A stretch of DNA of 64,000 nt. Origin: Candidatus Latescibacterota bacterium. GTDB taxonomy: Bacteria; Latescibacterota; UBA2968; SICM01. Each line of letters starts with the position of its first letter. The first letter of the stretch is position 1. This document shows, piece by piece, positions 9,220 through 19,036 of the stretch. The stretch spans positions 4,224,001-4,288,000 of the forward strand of contig CBDCJO010000002.1 in NCBI GenBank assembly GCA_965217865.1, written 5' to 3'. The notes beneath the pieces are model-generated. The model ran no database searches. It saw only the letters and a program-made list of their open reading frames with translations, and was not told the DNA's origin. The translations under genes were made by a program, and so were the position numbers.

Positions 9220-9870
9220 TCAATATAGGACATTGAGCTTCTGCTCAACAATATGGGGGTTGTCACCGCTTTGAATCGACTTGATGCCCTCAAGGACTTT
9301 CCGATATTTCACCTTCTGTTCATGTAGCAAAGACTCCATCCAGGTGCTAAGAATTGCCTGAACCAGTTCTGGTTCCGTTCCATCCACGGCTAGCCGAACA
9401 GCCGTAGTCAAAAACTTATCGCCCGGGCTTTGCACCATATTTTCCAACGTCATGATGCCTTCTCTCCGAGCTATCTCGGCAAACCCGACAAACAGCCTGT
9501 TAATCTCATCGGAACCGAGCTCAGAGAGCGGACGCTTGATGGTGGTTCTTATCGCCCGTTTCGTAGCGAGGTATTTCTTCCCAAGCTTGGGCTTTTTAAG
9601 TTGCCTTACAGTTTTCACGATGGACAACTGCACATCCTCCACATCGCGCATTGGAATCGGATCGGAAATTTCCATTTCCTCTCTGACCATCGTCCGCACA
9701 CGCTTCGACATATTGCCAAATATTCGACCTTTCAGCTCCTTTGTCGCACCTTTCAGTGCAACAGCCAGGTCTTTCGTGTCCACCTCCCGTAGCATCAGCT
9801 GGATCTCCCGATCCGTTAGTTTCGAGAGATCGTCAAAGGTGATTTCATGGGTTGCTTGCGTCGCTGACAT
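9220..9870 (-). CDS. FliG C-terminal domain fused to a MotA-like cytoplasmic domain
   Basis: RBS AAGGAGG before ATG 9870; TFDDLSKLTDREIQLMLREVD..LAVALKGA; IARREGIMTLE..FL..AVDGTEPELV; IQSGDNP..KL. Confidence 0.8.
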   Translation of the reverse strand: MSATQATHEITFDDLSKLTDREIQLMLREVDTKDLAVALKGATKELKGRIFGNMSKRVRTMVREEMEISDPIPMRDVEDVQLSIVKTVRQLKKPKLGKKYLATKRAIRTTIKRPLSELGSDEINRLFVGFAEIARREGIMTLENMVQSPGDKFLTTAVRLAVDGTEPELVQAILSTWMESLLHEQKVKYRKVLEGIKSIQSGDNPHIVEQKLNVLY

Positions 9871-9936
9871 GATTATGTCCTCCTTATGAGTCGTTAAGGG
9901 TGGTCTGGGATGGCCGCCTCTTGTTTTTGGGCTGGC

Positions 9937-10025
9937 ATTTCCTATAACGTTCAGTGGCTCACGAACCCGCGCCAGCGGGTTGGTGCGGAGCGCAGCGGAG
10001 CCGTGAGCCACATGTTATGAGAAGT
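9937..10025 (-). other. attC-like hairpin site 10
   Basis: ATTTCCTATAAC-GTTCA-GTGGCTCACG ... CGTGAGCCAC-AT-GTTATGAGAAGT. Confidence 0.9.
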
Positions 10026-10054
10026 GCTGCCCGAAGATACTTCCACAGCATCGC

Positions 10055-11031
10055 TCATCGAGCACCGAGGGACGCATATCCGCTTCGCTCCCAAATCTGC
10101 TCTGGGGGGTACTTGTAGAAGTCCAGCCAGGAGTCCTTCCCGTGCCGATTCGTGTATGCCTCACAGAGTCGGAATCCCAAAAAGTAGGCAAGTCGATCGA
10201 CGGCGCCGTCCCAAGGATAGACGTGCCACTGGTGGAACTTGCTTATCGTCTCCCAATCACATGAGCCGAGATCCGGAACCGCAGCTGACACTACCTCCCG
10301 CTCATGGGCTAGTGCCCATTTCCACGCTTCCTCGCTGAACGATATATGCTTCGGCGAAGAGCCGCGTCCCTCCCAGCATATCCGGTTCAGAAAGCAGCAG
10401 AATCCTTCCTCCACTATCGACCTGACGAGTGTTATCGGAACTGAGGGATGAGCCGTGTTGTAGACTTGATGGTTCAGCTCGTGCGGCAGCATGAACCTGA
10501 AATGCTCTTCCGGCTTTTCCCCAAGATTGGACAGATTTGCCCACATCGTACCTTGGGTCCCTCCAAGATCTCCGCCAGCCAAGTAAACCAGGTACCAGTC
10601 CCCATGGGGCTTGCGTCCCGTGGTCCGAATGAATATCTCAGCAACCTCGCTGAACATATCGGTGAAATTGAGCCGGAAAGGGAGTTGGAAGGCCGGGTTC
10701 CCGACATCAGAGATCTCGGGAATCCCCGTTTCGGCCCACTGGCGGAGGTTTTCCTCCCTGGGGAAGAGAAACTGCCATAGGTGAGGTGAATGGCCGGTAG
10801 GTGTCTACGACGAACTGGTGTGTTCGTCGAGCGAGGTCCTGACCATCAGTTCGCGCCACGGAGAGGATCTGCTCTTTCCAGACGTGGATGAGCCTCAGGC
10901 CGGTATTCGGAATGAATTCCTCAACTGCCGGCGATGCTTCCAGAATCCGGGTAGCTTCCTGCAGGCTCTGTGGAATCTGTGGTGCCAATGCCAGAACCTC
11001 ACTTTGGAGTCAGCAGTATGGGTTTGCTCAT
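10055..11031 (-). pseudogene. Frameshifted putative Zn-dependent protease (DUF2268-like)
   Basis: PHELNHQ..EEG..AYFLGF motifs; split over ORFs 10707-10988 and 10055-10657. Confidence 0.6.
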
Positions 11032-11043
11032 TTCACGGGCAGC

Positions 11044-11073
11044 ATTTCTCATAACTTACGGTATTCCTGAACT
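11044..11073. other. Terminal dif-like simple site of the array
   Basis: ATTTCTCATAA-CTTACGGT-ATTCCTGAACT; left arm 9/11 to the E. coli XerD arm; no hairpin follows. Confidence 0.5.
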
Positions 11074-11576
11074 CCTACGCAGATTCCATCATTTCGGCAC
11101 ATCTCCCGCCCTTCGCAGATACCTCCCCACGAAGAACCAACCCGTATATGTTCGTAGATCCCTTGTTATTAGGAGAAATCGTTTTAGGACGAACCCACCT
11201 TTGACAATTACATTATACTATCCAGAGCACTCTGAATCTTTCCGATATTTCGGGTTGTGACCCTGGGATAGATTTCGGTGGTCTTAGAACTCTTATCCTA
11301 ACAATTCTTGAATATAACGCAAATCCGTTCCACGTTCAAGCAAAGGCGCCTTCGAAACCCTGGCCTTTGGACGCTCCACACAGAATTTGGACACTCAGAA
11401 GCATTCAGGTCTTTATCGCATAAAAATAAACACACTTGCACGAACCCGGTCCATTTCCGTTGCAATTTAAGAGGGGTTTTCGCCAATCTCAATACGGACG
11501 CGAGTTTTGGTGGTAACCCCTCGTTTGTCATTGCTATGGATCGACTTTTGAGTTAGTATCCCTTTGTATAATTTTA

Positions 11577-12473
11577 GGTGATTGAGTAGATATTGGCACC
11601 AGCGTATATTAATAATATGCTGGTAATTAATCCACTTAAGTTAGCAAATGACTGCAAGATAAGTAGGGCCTATTTTCGTGCAGCCCGTTGGGGTGGAAAA
11701 AGGCGATGTCCAAGCTGCGATTATCAGCGCAGGTTGCCCTTATTAAAAGACGATCGGTTCAGGTGTTCACGGTGTGGATATCGGTTTAAAGATTTCACGG
11801 GCACTTATCTTGAAAGGCTTCGAATTTCATTTGACGAGCTTGCCCATTTACTTTATCTGTTTGTATTGGGAGTGCCCTCTTACCGATCCAGGCACTACCT
11901 GTCCGTATCGCTGAAAACGGCTCAGCGGATTTATACCACGTTTCGCCAGGCCATCTACGATCATAGCTTTACGGACCAGGTGCTTTGGGGTGAGATCGAG
12001 TTGGACGAGGCGATGTATGGAGGTCATCATAAGGGTAAGCGTGGATGGGGAGCAGCCGGAAAACACTTGGTTTTCGGGCTTTATCAGAGGAACGGAAAAG
12101 TCCTCACCTTTCCCATTCCGGATCGAAGTCGAAACACCCTTACACCGCTTGTGACCTCACACACCAAAGCAGGCAGTCTATACTACACCGATGACTGGCA
12201 CGCCTACACTTGGCTGTCAGTCAAAGGTGACCACGTGGTTGTTCGAAAAGAAGAAGGGGTGCCCAAAGGCAAAGGCCGACATCACATCAATGGCATCGAA
12301 GGCTTCTGGAGTTTTTCTAAAAATTGGCTATATCAATACAGAGGAATCCCTCGACATCATTTCCATTTATACCTGAAGGAAACAGAGTTCAGATTCAACC
12401 AGGAAGACGAGGATCTCTTCCCAATTATTGCTTCATATCTGGTGAATCTGGTACCAATATCTTCCTAATTACC
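11577..12473 (+). mobile_element. IS1595-family insertion sequence
   Basis: Imperfect terminal IRs GGTGATTGAGTAGATATTGGCACC / GGTACCAATATCTTCCTAATTACC; 8-bp TSD TAATTTTA (11569-11576, 12474-12481). Confidence 0.95.
11617..12468 (+). CDS. IS1595-family transposase
   Basis: CPSC/CSRC zinc ribbon, EIELDE, YTDDW, HINGIEGFWS. Confidence 0.95.
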   Translation: MLVINPLKLANDCKISRAYFRAARWGGKRRCPSCDYQRRLPLLKDDRFRCSRCGYRFKDFTGTYLERLRISFDELAHLLYLFVLGVPSYRSRHYLSVSLKTAQRIYTTFRQAIYDHSFTDQVLWGEIELDEAMYGGHHKGKRGWGAAGKHLVFGLYQRNGKVLTFPIPDRSRNTLTPLVTSHTKAGSLYYTDDWHAYTWLSVKGDHVVVRKEEGVPKGKGRHHINGIEGFWSFSKNWLYQYRGIPRHHFHLYLKETEFRFNQEDEDLFPIIASYLVNLVPISS

Positions 12474-12642
12474 TAATTTTACAAGGTTTGGGAAACCTGC
12501 TACTACAAAATTTGGACATCTTTTGGGTCGTTAACTGTTGGTTTCCTTGAGTCGGTGCTCCACCGATAACCTTAATCTGGGGAAGACAGCAATAGAGCAC
12601 AAGTTTTACATCTATATAGGATTGGGGAAAGGGCTGAAAAAG

Positions 12643-14552
12643 ATGGGTGTCATGTCTGCCAGAGGAGCTTTTAAAGCGTTACTGTTCAATGTTTTTTTTC
12701 TTAATCTGCTATTAAATCCTGCCTTAGCGGACGACGAAAGTTCACAGTTAGTAGATGAGGATGAGTGGATCTTTGATCTCCCCCTGGAGGAGTTAGTAAA
12801 TGTACAAATTGTCTCGGCTGCAAAAACGTCCGAAAAAATTGAAGAAATCCCCGCCAGTGTTGTCCTGATAACGAGGGAAGAGATAGAATATTTCGGGTAT
12901 GCAACTTTGGCCGAATTGCTCGAACACATTCCGGGATTGTACCAGATCGATGACTACCAGGAAGGCTCTAAACTCGGTGTGCGGGGATTCTGGTCCGGTG
13001 TGCCAAAAAAAGTGATGATTTCCATTTTGTTTTCAACACTTCATACTACAAAACAGCCGGCATCGATGAGCCGTACAGTACATTACAAAGCTCACCTTCA
13101 CCTGGTGCTGTGGGTCTAAGCACAGGGAATAGGCTGGAAGACGAAGAAAAGTATCTCAAATTCTCCTGGGGTTATAAGAGCGTTTCAATCAACACCAGTT
13201 ACAGCCAGTCGAAAAAGGAATTCTTCTTTCCCCTACCGGCCGTTGTAGATGGGTCTTTGCGAAAAACTGAGGCCGTTAATATCTCTATCGGCACTCGAAA
13301 TCAGGTTTCTCAGCCGCTCACCCTAGAAGGACGATTTGTCTTTTCCACGAACAACGCCTCTCTAAAATACGACATCAGAAGACCGGGGTGGGTCGGAAAT
13401 CAAAACTGGAAATCCTCAGCTTACGAGTTTGAACTGAATGCTTTCTTTCAGCCAAATGAGCAGGTGAACGCAACTTTCGGTTTAAAAAACAGGTCTGTGT
13501 TCGATCTGTCTGATCGTTTTCACATACCTTCATCAGGTTTTCCAAGCACACAAAACGCGGCAAGACTTCTCGAAGATGGAGAGCAGATCCTTACGCAGGC
13601 GTTTTTCTCTCAGGTGAACGTTAGCCTTTCCAGTAATCTATTGCTGGTGGCTGGCCTCAGAATGGAAAGACAACTTCCGTACGGTTTGAGCGATTCAAAA
13701 GCGAGAGGGTTGCCTCAGTTCACGTTCGTGAGAGGTCGATTCGATAAGGACAAGGTCGCATTCATACCCAGAGCAGCAGCCATTTTCAAACAAAGCAGTA
13801 ACAACATCTTCAAAATGATGTATGGTGAGGCAATCAACCGGCCTTCCTTTTTGCAGAACATAACAAATACGCTTGACCCGGATCGAGATAGCCTGGAACC
13901 GGAGAAGATTCGGACCTTGGAGCTGAACTATATTTCTGTTTTAGCTAAGAAATACCGAGTGAATTTGAGCCTCTTCAGAAATTCCCTTACAAATCTGATA
14001 ACCCGTCAAGCATTGTTTGTCGACGGTGATTATGAGACGTTTTCGGATAACGGGGGCAGATTGGTTACCAAAGGGATTGAAATGACAGTTCGAGCCCGAA
14101 TCGCGGACAGGCTAACGCTTGAGCCTAGCGGCACCTTTCAGGCAACCCACGACGAAGATGCCGGCAACAGAAGTGTAGCTTATTCGCCCAATATACTTGC
14201 CTACCTGAAAGCCATTTACCGTATTTCAGAAAAAGCGAGTTTTTCTTTAACGAGCAATTATGTGGACGGTATGGAGCCATTCTATGACATTACCCTTGTT
14301 GATCCGACTCAGGGACCCGGCAGCGCCCTAAGGGGGAGAATAGGTGATAAGGTGGACGGTTACTTTACGCTGGGTACAAATTTCCGAATAGAAGACCTCT
14401 ACCTGAAAGGTTTATACCTCAACATAAGGGCCACAAACCTTCTGGATAAAACGATAAGGTATCCAAATTTCACAACCAATGCGTGGGCAGATAAAGGCAC
14501 ATTGGGCATAGGGAGATCCTTGTTCACCACTCTCGGTTGGAAATTCTGGTAA
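12643..14552 (+). pseudogene. TonB-dependent receptor, internally deleted and split
   Basis: Plug start DLPLEELVNVQIVSAAK..IPASVVLITREEI; barrel in another frame ending LGWKFW; middle part missing. Confidence 0.8.
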
Positions 14553-14749
14553 GCAATCAACTGCGATGTGTTCCTCTAACATCAGAAAAGCTGTCTAGAA
14601 TCTGTTTGAAACCTACCGGTCAGCGATCTTAGTCCGCGCGGGTGGTGTCCAGCGGCATTCCCAACCGGAGGCGTCAGCCTGTGCGGGCTTGGTTTATGAG
14701 TTTTAGGGACTGGACACAGAGTTTGCGCCCAACACAGACACACGCTTGC

Positions 14750-15613
14750 CTGTTCGACGCCTTCGTCCAGACGGCTTCAGGTCAGAAGAAGCATGAGGGA
14801 ACGGGCCTGGGGCTGCCGATTAGCCAGCAGTTCGTCAGGCTGATGGGGGGGGAGTTGACGGCGAGCAGCGAGGTGGGCAAGGGATCCGTCTTCAGGTTCG
14901 ACATTCGGATGGGCATGGCGGAAGCGTCAGAGGTGCCTGTGGAACAGCCTGCACGGCGTGTGGTCGGTCTCGAGCCGGGCCAGCCGGTCTACCGCATCCT
15001 GGTGGTAGAGGATGTGTTTGAAAATCGAAAGCTGTTGCTGAATCTGCTGATCCCACTGGGGTTTGATGTTCGGGGAGCCGAGAACGGCCAGGAAGGGATT
15101 GAGGTGTGGGAAACGTGGGAGCCGCATCTGATCTGGATGGACATGCGGATGCCCGTGATGGACGGATACGAGGCGACAAGGCGAATTAAGGCGACACCAA
15201 AGGGACAGGACATTGTAATCGTTGCTTTAACGGCGAGTGCGTTTGAGGAGCAACGTCCTGAGGTAATGTCTGCAGGTTGCGATGGGTTTGTTCGGAAACC
15301 GTATCGGGAGCAAGAGATTGTCGAGGTGATGGCGAAACATCTGGGGGTCCGGTTTCTGTATGATCGGGAGGCCGAACCGGAATTGGAACGATCCGCCCAG
15401 AAGGCCCTTACAAGGGAGGCGTTGTCGGGTGTATCCGCTGTTTGGACGGCCGAGGTGCACCGTGCGGCCACGCAGGCGGATGGGGAGATGATTCACAGCC
15501 TGGTCGGAGAGATCGAAGGGGAGCACGAGCCAGTGGCCAGCGCCTTAAGAAATCTGGCCGACACATTCAGGTTTGACGAAATTATGGCTTTGACCGGACC
15601 TGAAGAGGTTTGA
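14750..15613 (+). pseudogene. 5'-truncated hybrid histidine kinase (end of HATPase plus REC)
   Basis: Begins at LFDAFVQ..GTGLGL; closely similar to 61363-62226. Confidence 0.85.
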
Positions 15614-15760
15614 CAAAAGGACTCAGACTGTTCGGCAAATGAAGATTGTGCATCTTGCGATGTCCCTATAACCTAGAGACGGCGCCGGGGGATTTTCTCC
15701 CAAGGACGCTTCCGCTGGCTGAAACTCATTTCGGATCTCCTTGATAATTATGGAGCTTGA

Positions 15761-17365
15761 ATGCAATATCATTCGTGGCCGTTGGTCATCATCGCCATCC
15801 TGATCCTGTCCGATTGTTCGGAGAGAACGAATACTGATCGCGTCCTGGTGATGGGACGCGGGGGGGATTCGGTGGGCCTCGACCCCGCCCTCGAGGATGA
15901 TGGGGAATCCTTCAAAGTGTGCGACAACATCTACGATACCCTCGTCGGCTACAAGCAGGAGACAACCGAGCTGCAACCCGGTCTGGCCGAGTCCTGGGAA
16001 GCCTCCCGGGACGGCCTGACGTGGACCTTCCATCTTCGAAAAGACGTTAAATTCCACGATGGGTCCGACTTCAACGCGGAAGCCGTCGTCTTCTCCATGA
16101 AGCGGCAATATGTGAAGGATCACCCCGCCCACAAAGTGGAAGGGACATTCAAATACTGGAAAGCCATGGGGATGAGCGATATCGTCAAAGACATCCGGGC
16201 CACGGATCCGCACACCCTTGTCATCGAGTTGAAACAGCCGAACGCCCCATTCCTGTCCAACCTGGCCATGAACTTTTGTTCCATCGTCAGCCCCACAGCC
16301 GTCCGGAAATATGGCGTGGACTTTTTTAAAAATCCCGTCGGAACCGGACCTTTTCGCTTCAAGACATGGATCAAAGACGATCGGATCGTCCTGGAGCGTA
16401 ACCCGGGCCACTGGCGGGGGAACCCCAGGCTTGAACGGTTGATATTCCGGAGCATCCCGGACCAGTCTGTCCGGCTGCTTGAACTGAAAAAAGGCACCAT
16501 AGACGGAATGGACAACCTGCACCCCGACTTCCTGTCTGAAATTCAGGGAGACCAAAATTTGAGGTTCGTCTCGCAGCCTGGCATGAACGTGGGATACCTT
16601 GCTATGAACACCGATGTTCCTCCGTTTAACGACGTACGGGTGCGGCGGGCCCTGAACCACGCCATCAACCGCCGTTCACTCGTCGACAATCTCTTTCAAG
16701 GCCTGGCCGAACCGGCAAAAAATCCGATCCCCCCGACCATGTGGAGCTACAACGACGATGTTCAGGATTATGAATATGACCCGGGGAGGGCTAAAAAGCT
16801 TTTGTCGGAAGCCGGATATCAAAACGGGTTTCAGACGGAACTCTGGACCATGTCGGTCCCCCGCCCCTACATGCCCCATCCCCTCAAGATCGCCCAGGCC
16901 ATTCAGGCGGATCTGGACGCAGTAGGAATCCAGGCCAAAATTGTTACTTGGGAATGGGGCACGTACCTGAACAAGGTGGAGAACGGAGAACACCCCATGG
17001 CCCTCCTTGGATGGATAGGCGACAACGGGGACCCGGACAACTTCCTGTACGTCCTCCTCGATAAAAGCGTGGCAACGTCCCGGCCGTCCCAGAACATCGC
17101 TTTCTATCGAAGCGATGAACTGCACGAAGTCCTGATCGAGGCACGCCGCGTGACCGACCAGGACCGCCGTACGGCCCTCTATCGGAAAGCCCAGGAGATC
17201 GTACACCGCGATGCGCCATGGGTCCCCCTCGTCCACACCACGCAGACCGCCGCCCTGCAAGCCGGGGTACGAGGTTTCCACCTCCACCCCACCGGACGCT
17301 TCTGGTTTTTTGAGACCGAAAAAGTGGCGGACATTTCGACATCTATTGCGCCCGCAACGAATTAA
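15761..17365 (+). CDS. dppA: Dipeptide/oligopeptide ABC transporter substrate-binding protein
   Basis: PGLAESWE..FHLRKDVKFHDG, PVGTGPF, DVRVRRALNHAIN. Confidence 0.9.
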   Translation: MQYHSWPLVIIAILILSDCSERTNTDRVLVMGRGGDSVGLDPALEDDGESFKVCDNIYDTLVGYKQETTELQPGLAESWEASRDGLTWTFHLRKDVKFHDGSDFNAEAVVFSMKRQYVKDHPAHKVEGTFKYWKAMGMSDIVKDIRATDPHTLVIELKQPNAPFLSNLAMNFCSIVSPTAVRKYGVDFFKNPVGTGPFRFKTWIKDDRIVLERNPGHWRGNPRLERLIFRSIPDQSVRLLELKKGTIDGMDNLHPDFLSEIQGDQNLRFVSQPGMNVGYLAMNTDVPPFNDVRVRRALNHAINRRSLVDNLFQGLAEPAKNPIPPTMWSYNDDVQDYEYDPGRAKKLLSEAGYQNGFQTELWTMSVPRPYMPHPLKIAQAIQADLDAVGIQAKIVTWEWGTYLNKVENGEHPMALLGWIGDNGDPDNFLYVLLDKSVATSRPSQNIAFYRSDELHEVLIEARRVTDQDRRTALYRKAQEIVHRDAPWVPLVHTTQTAALQAGVRGFHLHPTGRFWFFETEKVADISTSIAPATN

Positions 17366-17827
17366 AGCCGGATAACAGCTTTTTTCATGGCCTTGCCACT
17401 CGGCGTGACTCGGCACTACACGGCGTACCTGAGCGCCATTCTTCGTTCTGATGGTCAATATTTGGTCACCGAAAAGAGGAACCCAGCTTCTCGTTACTGC
17501 CTCACGGGAAACGGGGCGATTTTGGTAGTGTCCTAATTTCCCTTGACCGATTCAGGCTCAGTTGCCGATATTAGGGGGTGGTCAATTGAATCCGGAGAGC
17601 TGTGAATACTATATGAAGTATTCATCTTGGATAGATTGGTAACCTTCTCTGCTCTTTTCTTTCTCGCTTTGGCGTATGGTTTTTTGTCGCTCACAAAAGA
17701 GACTATGGAGTCGGACTGATCGGCATAGCTTGCTTTTTCCTAATTATGGGCGTACTGTTAAGATTGCTGTGTTTGTGGTTTTCTTTCAGGCTGTCTAATT
17801 ATATTGTGAACAAACGGAAAGGTGGCA

Positions 17828-18922
17828 ATGGCAAAGATAAGTTTTCCAAATCGTGGTGAATTTAACAAGACTTTACAGAGTCGAGTCGAGCAGTATTTTA
17901 CAGAGCGAGGTTTATCGAAATATGGAGATTGGCGCATGCTTTCGAAGACGGCCATTATTCTGCCATGGCTGGTGGTCTCCTACGTATTGTTAGTGTTTTT
18001 TTCCACCTCTCTCCTCATGGCCGCCATCACGGCATTTGCAGTATGTCAGGGCTTTGTGCTGATCGGCTTTAATATCATGCACGACGGGAATCACGGCAGC
18101 TATTCAAGAAGCAAACGCATCAATCGAGTTATGGGCTTAACTTTGGATTTAATCGGCGGAAGCAATTTGCTGTGGCGACAAAAGCACAATATTTTACATC
18201 ACACATACACCAACATCGACCAGTTGGATGACGATCTTCATACATCCGGATTGCTGCGCTTGAGCCCCAATCAACGATGGCGTCCGTGGCATCGCTTTCA
18301 ACACTTATATGCGTTTCCGGTCTATAGTTTTTTAACGCTATCGTGGGTCACTTACAACGATTTCAGGAAATTTTTCGGGCGCCGTATCGGAGCGTATGAC
18401 CTTCGCAAGGTATCTGCCTCGGATGCCACCCTGTTTTTTCTGGCCAAGCTTTTCTACTTCGGGTATATGATTGCACTTCCCCTGTTTTTTCATCCGTTTC
18501 TGCATGTGCTTGTCACCTTTGTGTCGATTCATTTAGTGTTAGGCTTTACGCTTTCTATCATCTTTCAATTGGCGCATAGTCTGGAAGGGAACACATTTCC
18601 GAGCCCAGATGCTGATACTGGCCTTATCGATAATGAATGGGCTATTCATCAGGTTGAAACGACCGCAAATTTTGCCCCGAAAAACTGGATATTAACCAGG
18701 TATCTGGGAGGTCTGAATTTTCAAATCGAACACCATCTTTTTCCAAAAATCTGTCATATCCATTATCCGGAGGTTAGCAGAATTGTAGAAGAGAACTGTC
18801 GCTCCTTTTCAGTTTTGTACGTCAGTTTTCCGACAGTCAGATCTGCCATCGCAGCCCATCTTCGATTTCTAAGGACGCTTGGAACACCCCCGACAATCAC
18901 GCCTCGAAATAATCTCCATTAG
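17828..18922 (+). CDS. Membrane fatty acid (acyl-CoA) desaturase
   Basis: His boxes HDGNH, HNILHH, QIEHH. Confidence 0.92.
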   Translation: MAKISFPNRGEFNKTLQSRVEQYFTERGLSKYGDWRMLSKTAIILPWLVVSYVLLVFFSTSLLMAAITAFAVCQGFVLIGFNIMHDGNHGSYSRSKRINRVMGLTLDLIGGSNLLWRQKHNILHHTYTNIDQLDDDLHTSGLLRLSPNQRWRPWHRFQHLYAFPVYSFLTLSWVTYNDFRKFFGRRIGAYDLRKVSASDATLFFLAKLFYFGYMIALPLFFHPFLHVLVTFVSIHLVLGFTLSIIFQLAHSLEGNTFPSPDADTGLIDNEWAIHQVETTANFAPKNWILTRYLGGLNFQIEHHLFPKICHIHYPEVSRIVEENCRSFSVLYVSFPTVRSAIAAHLRFLRTLGTPPTITPRNNLH

Positions 18923-19036
18923 TCGCATATAATTGTCGTTGTTTCCTCTTCGGCTTATTCCTTTTGGGACCGAAAAGGGGACTCCGGGATCATAAGTTTT
19001 TCTTCTGTATTCTGTCTCCTGTATTCTATAATCCCA

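Larger units (their letters stand above)
31..11073 (-). mobile_element. Gene-cassette array (CALIN-like): 10 hairpin recombination sites plus a terminal simple site; probably continues left of the window
   Basis: Single unrelated ORFs, 9 of 10 on the minus strand, alternate with TAAC...GTTA imperfect palindromes. Most cassettes have mutually complementary ends. No tyrosine recombinase ORF in the window. Confidence 0.9.

Noticed and set aside
11074-11576. Integron integrase or small CDS (11298-11531, 11308-11556)
   Set aside because: No tyrosine-recombinase motifs; short overlapping ORFs with no recognisable domain.
14590-14749. IS end or MITE before the truncated kinase
   Set aside because: CTAGAATCTGTTTGAAAC looks like an IS terminus, but I found no partner IR or TSD.
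15623-17458. Long antisense ORFs over dppA (and similar ones over nfeD, IS3 and the kinase)
   Set aside because: Shadow frames of well-supported genes in GC-rich DNA.
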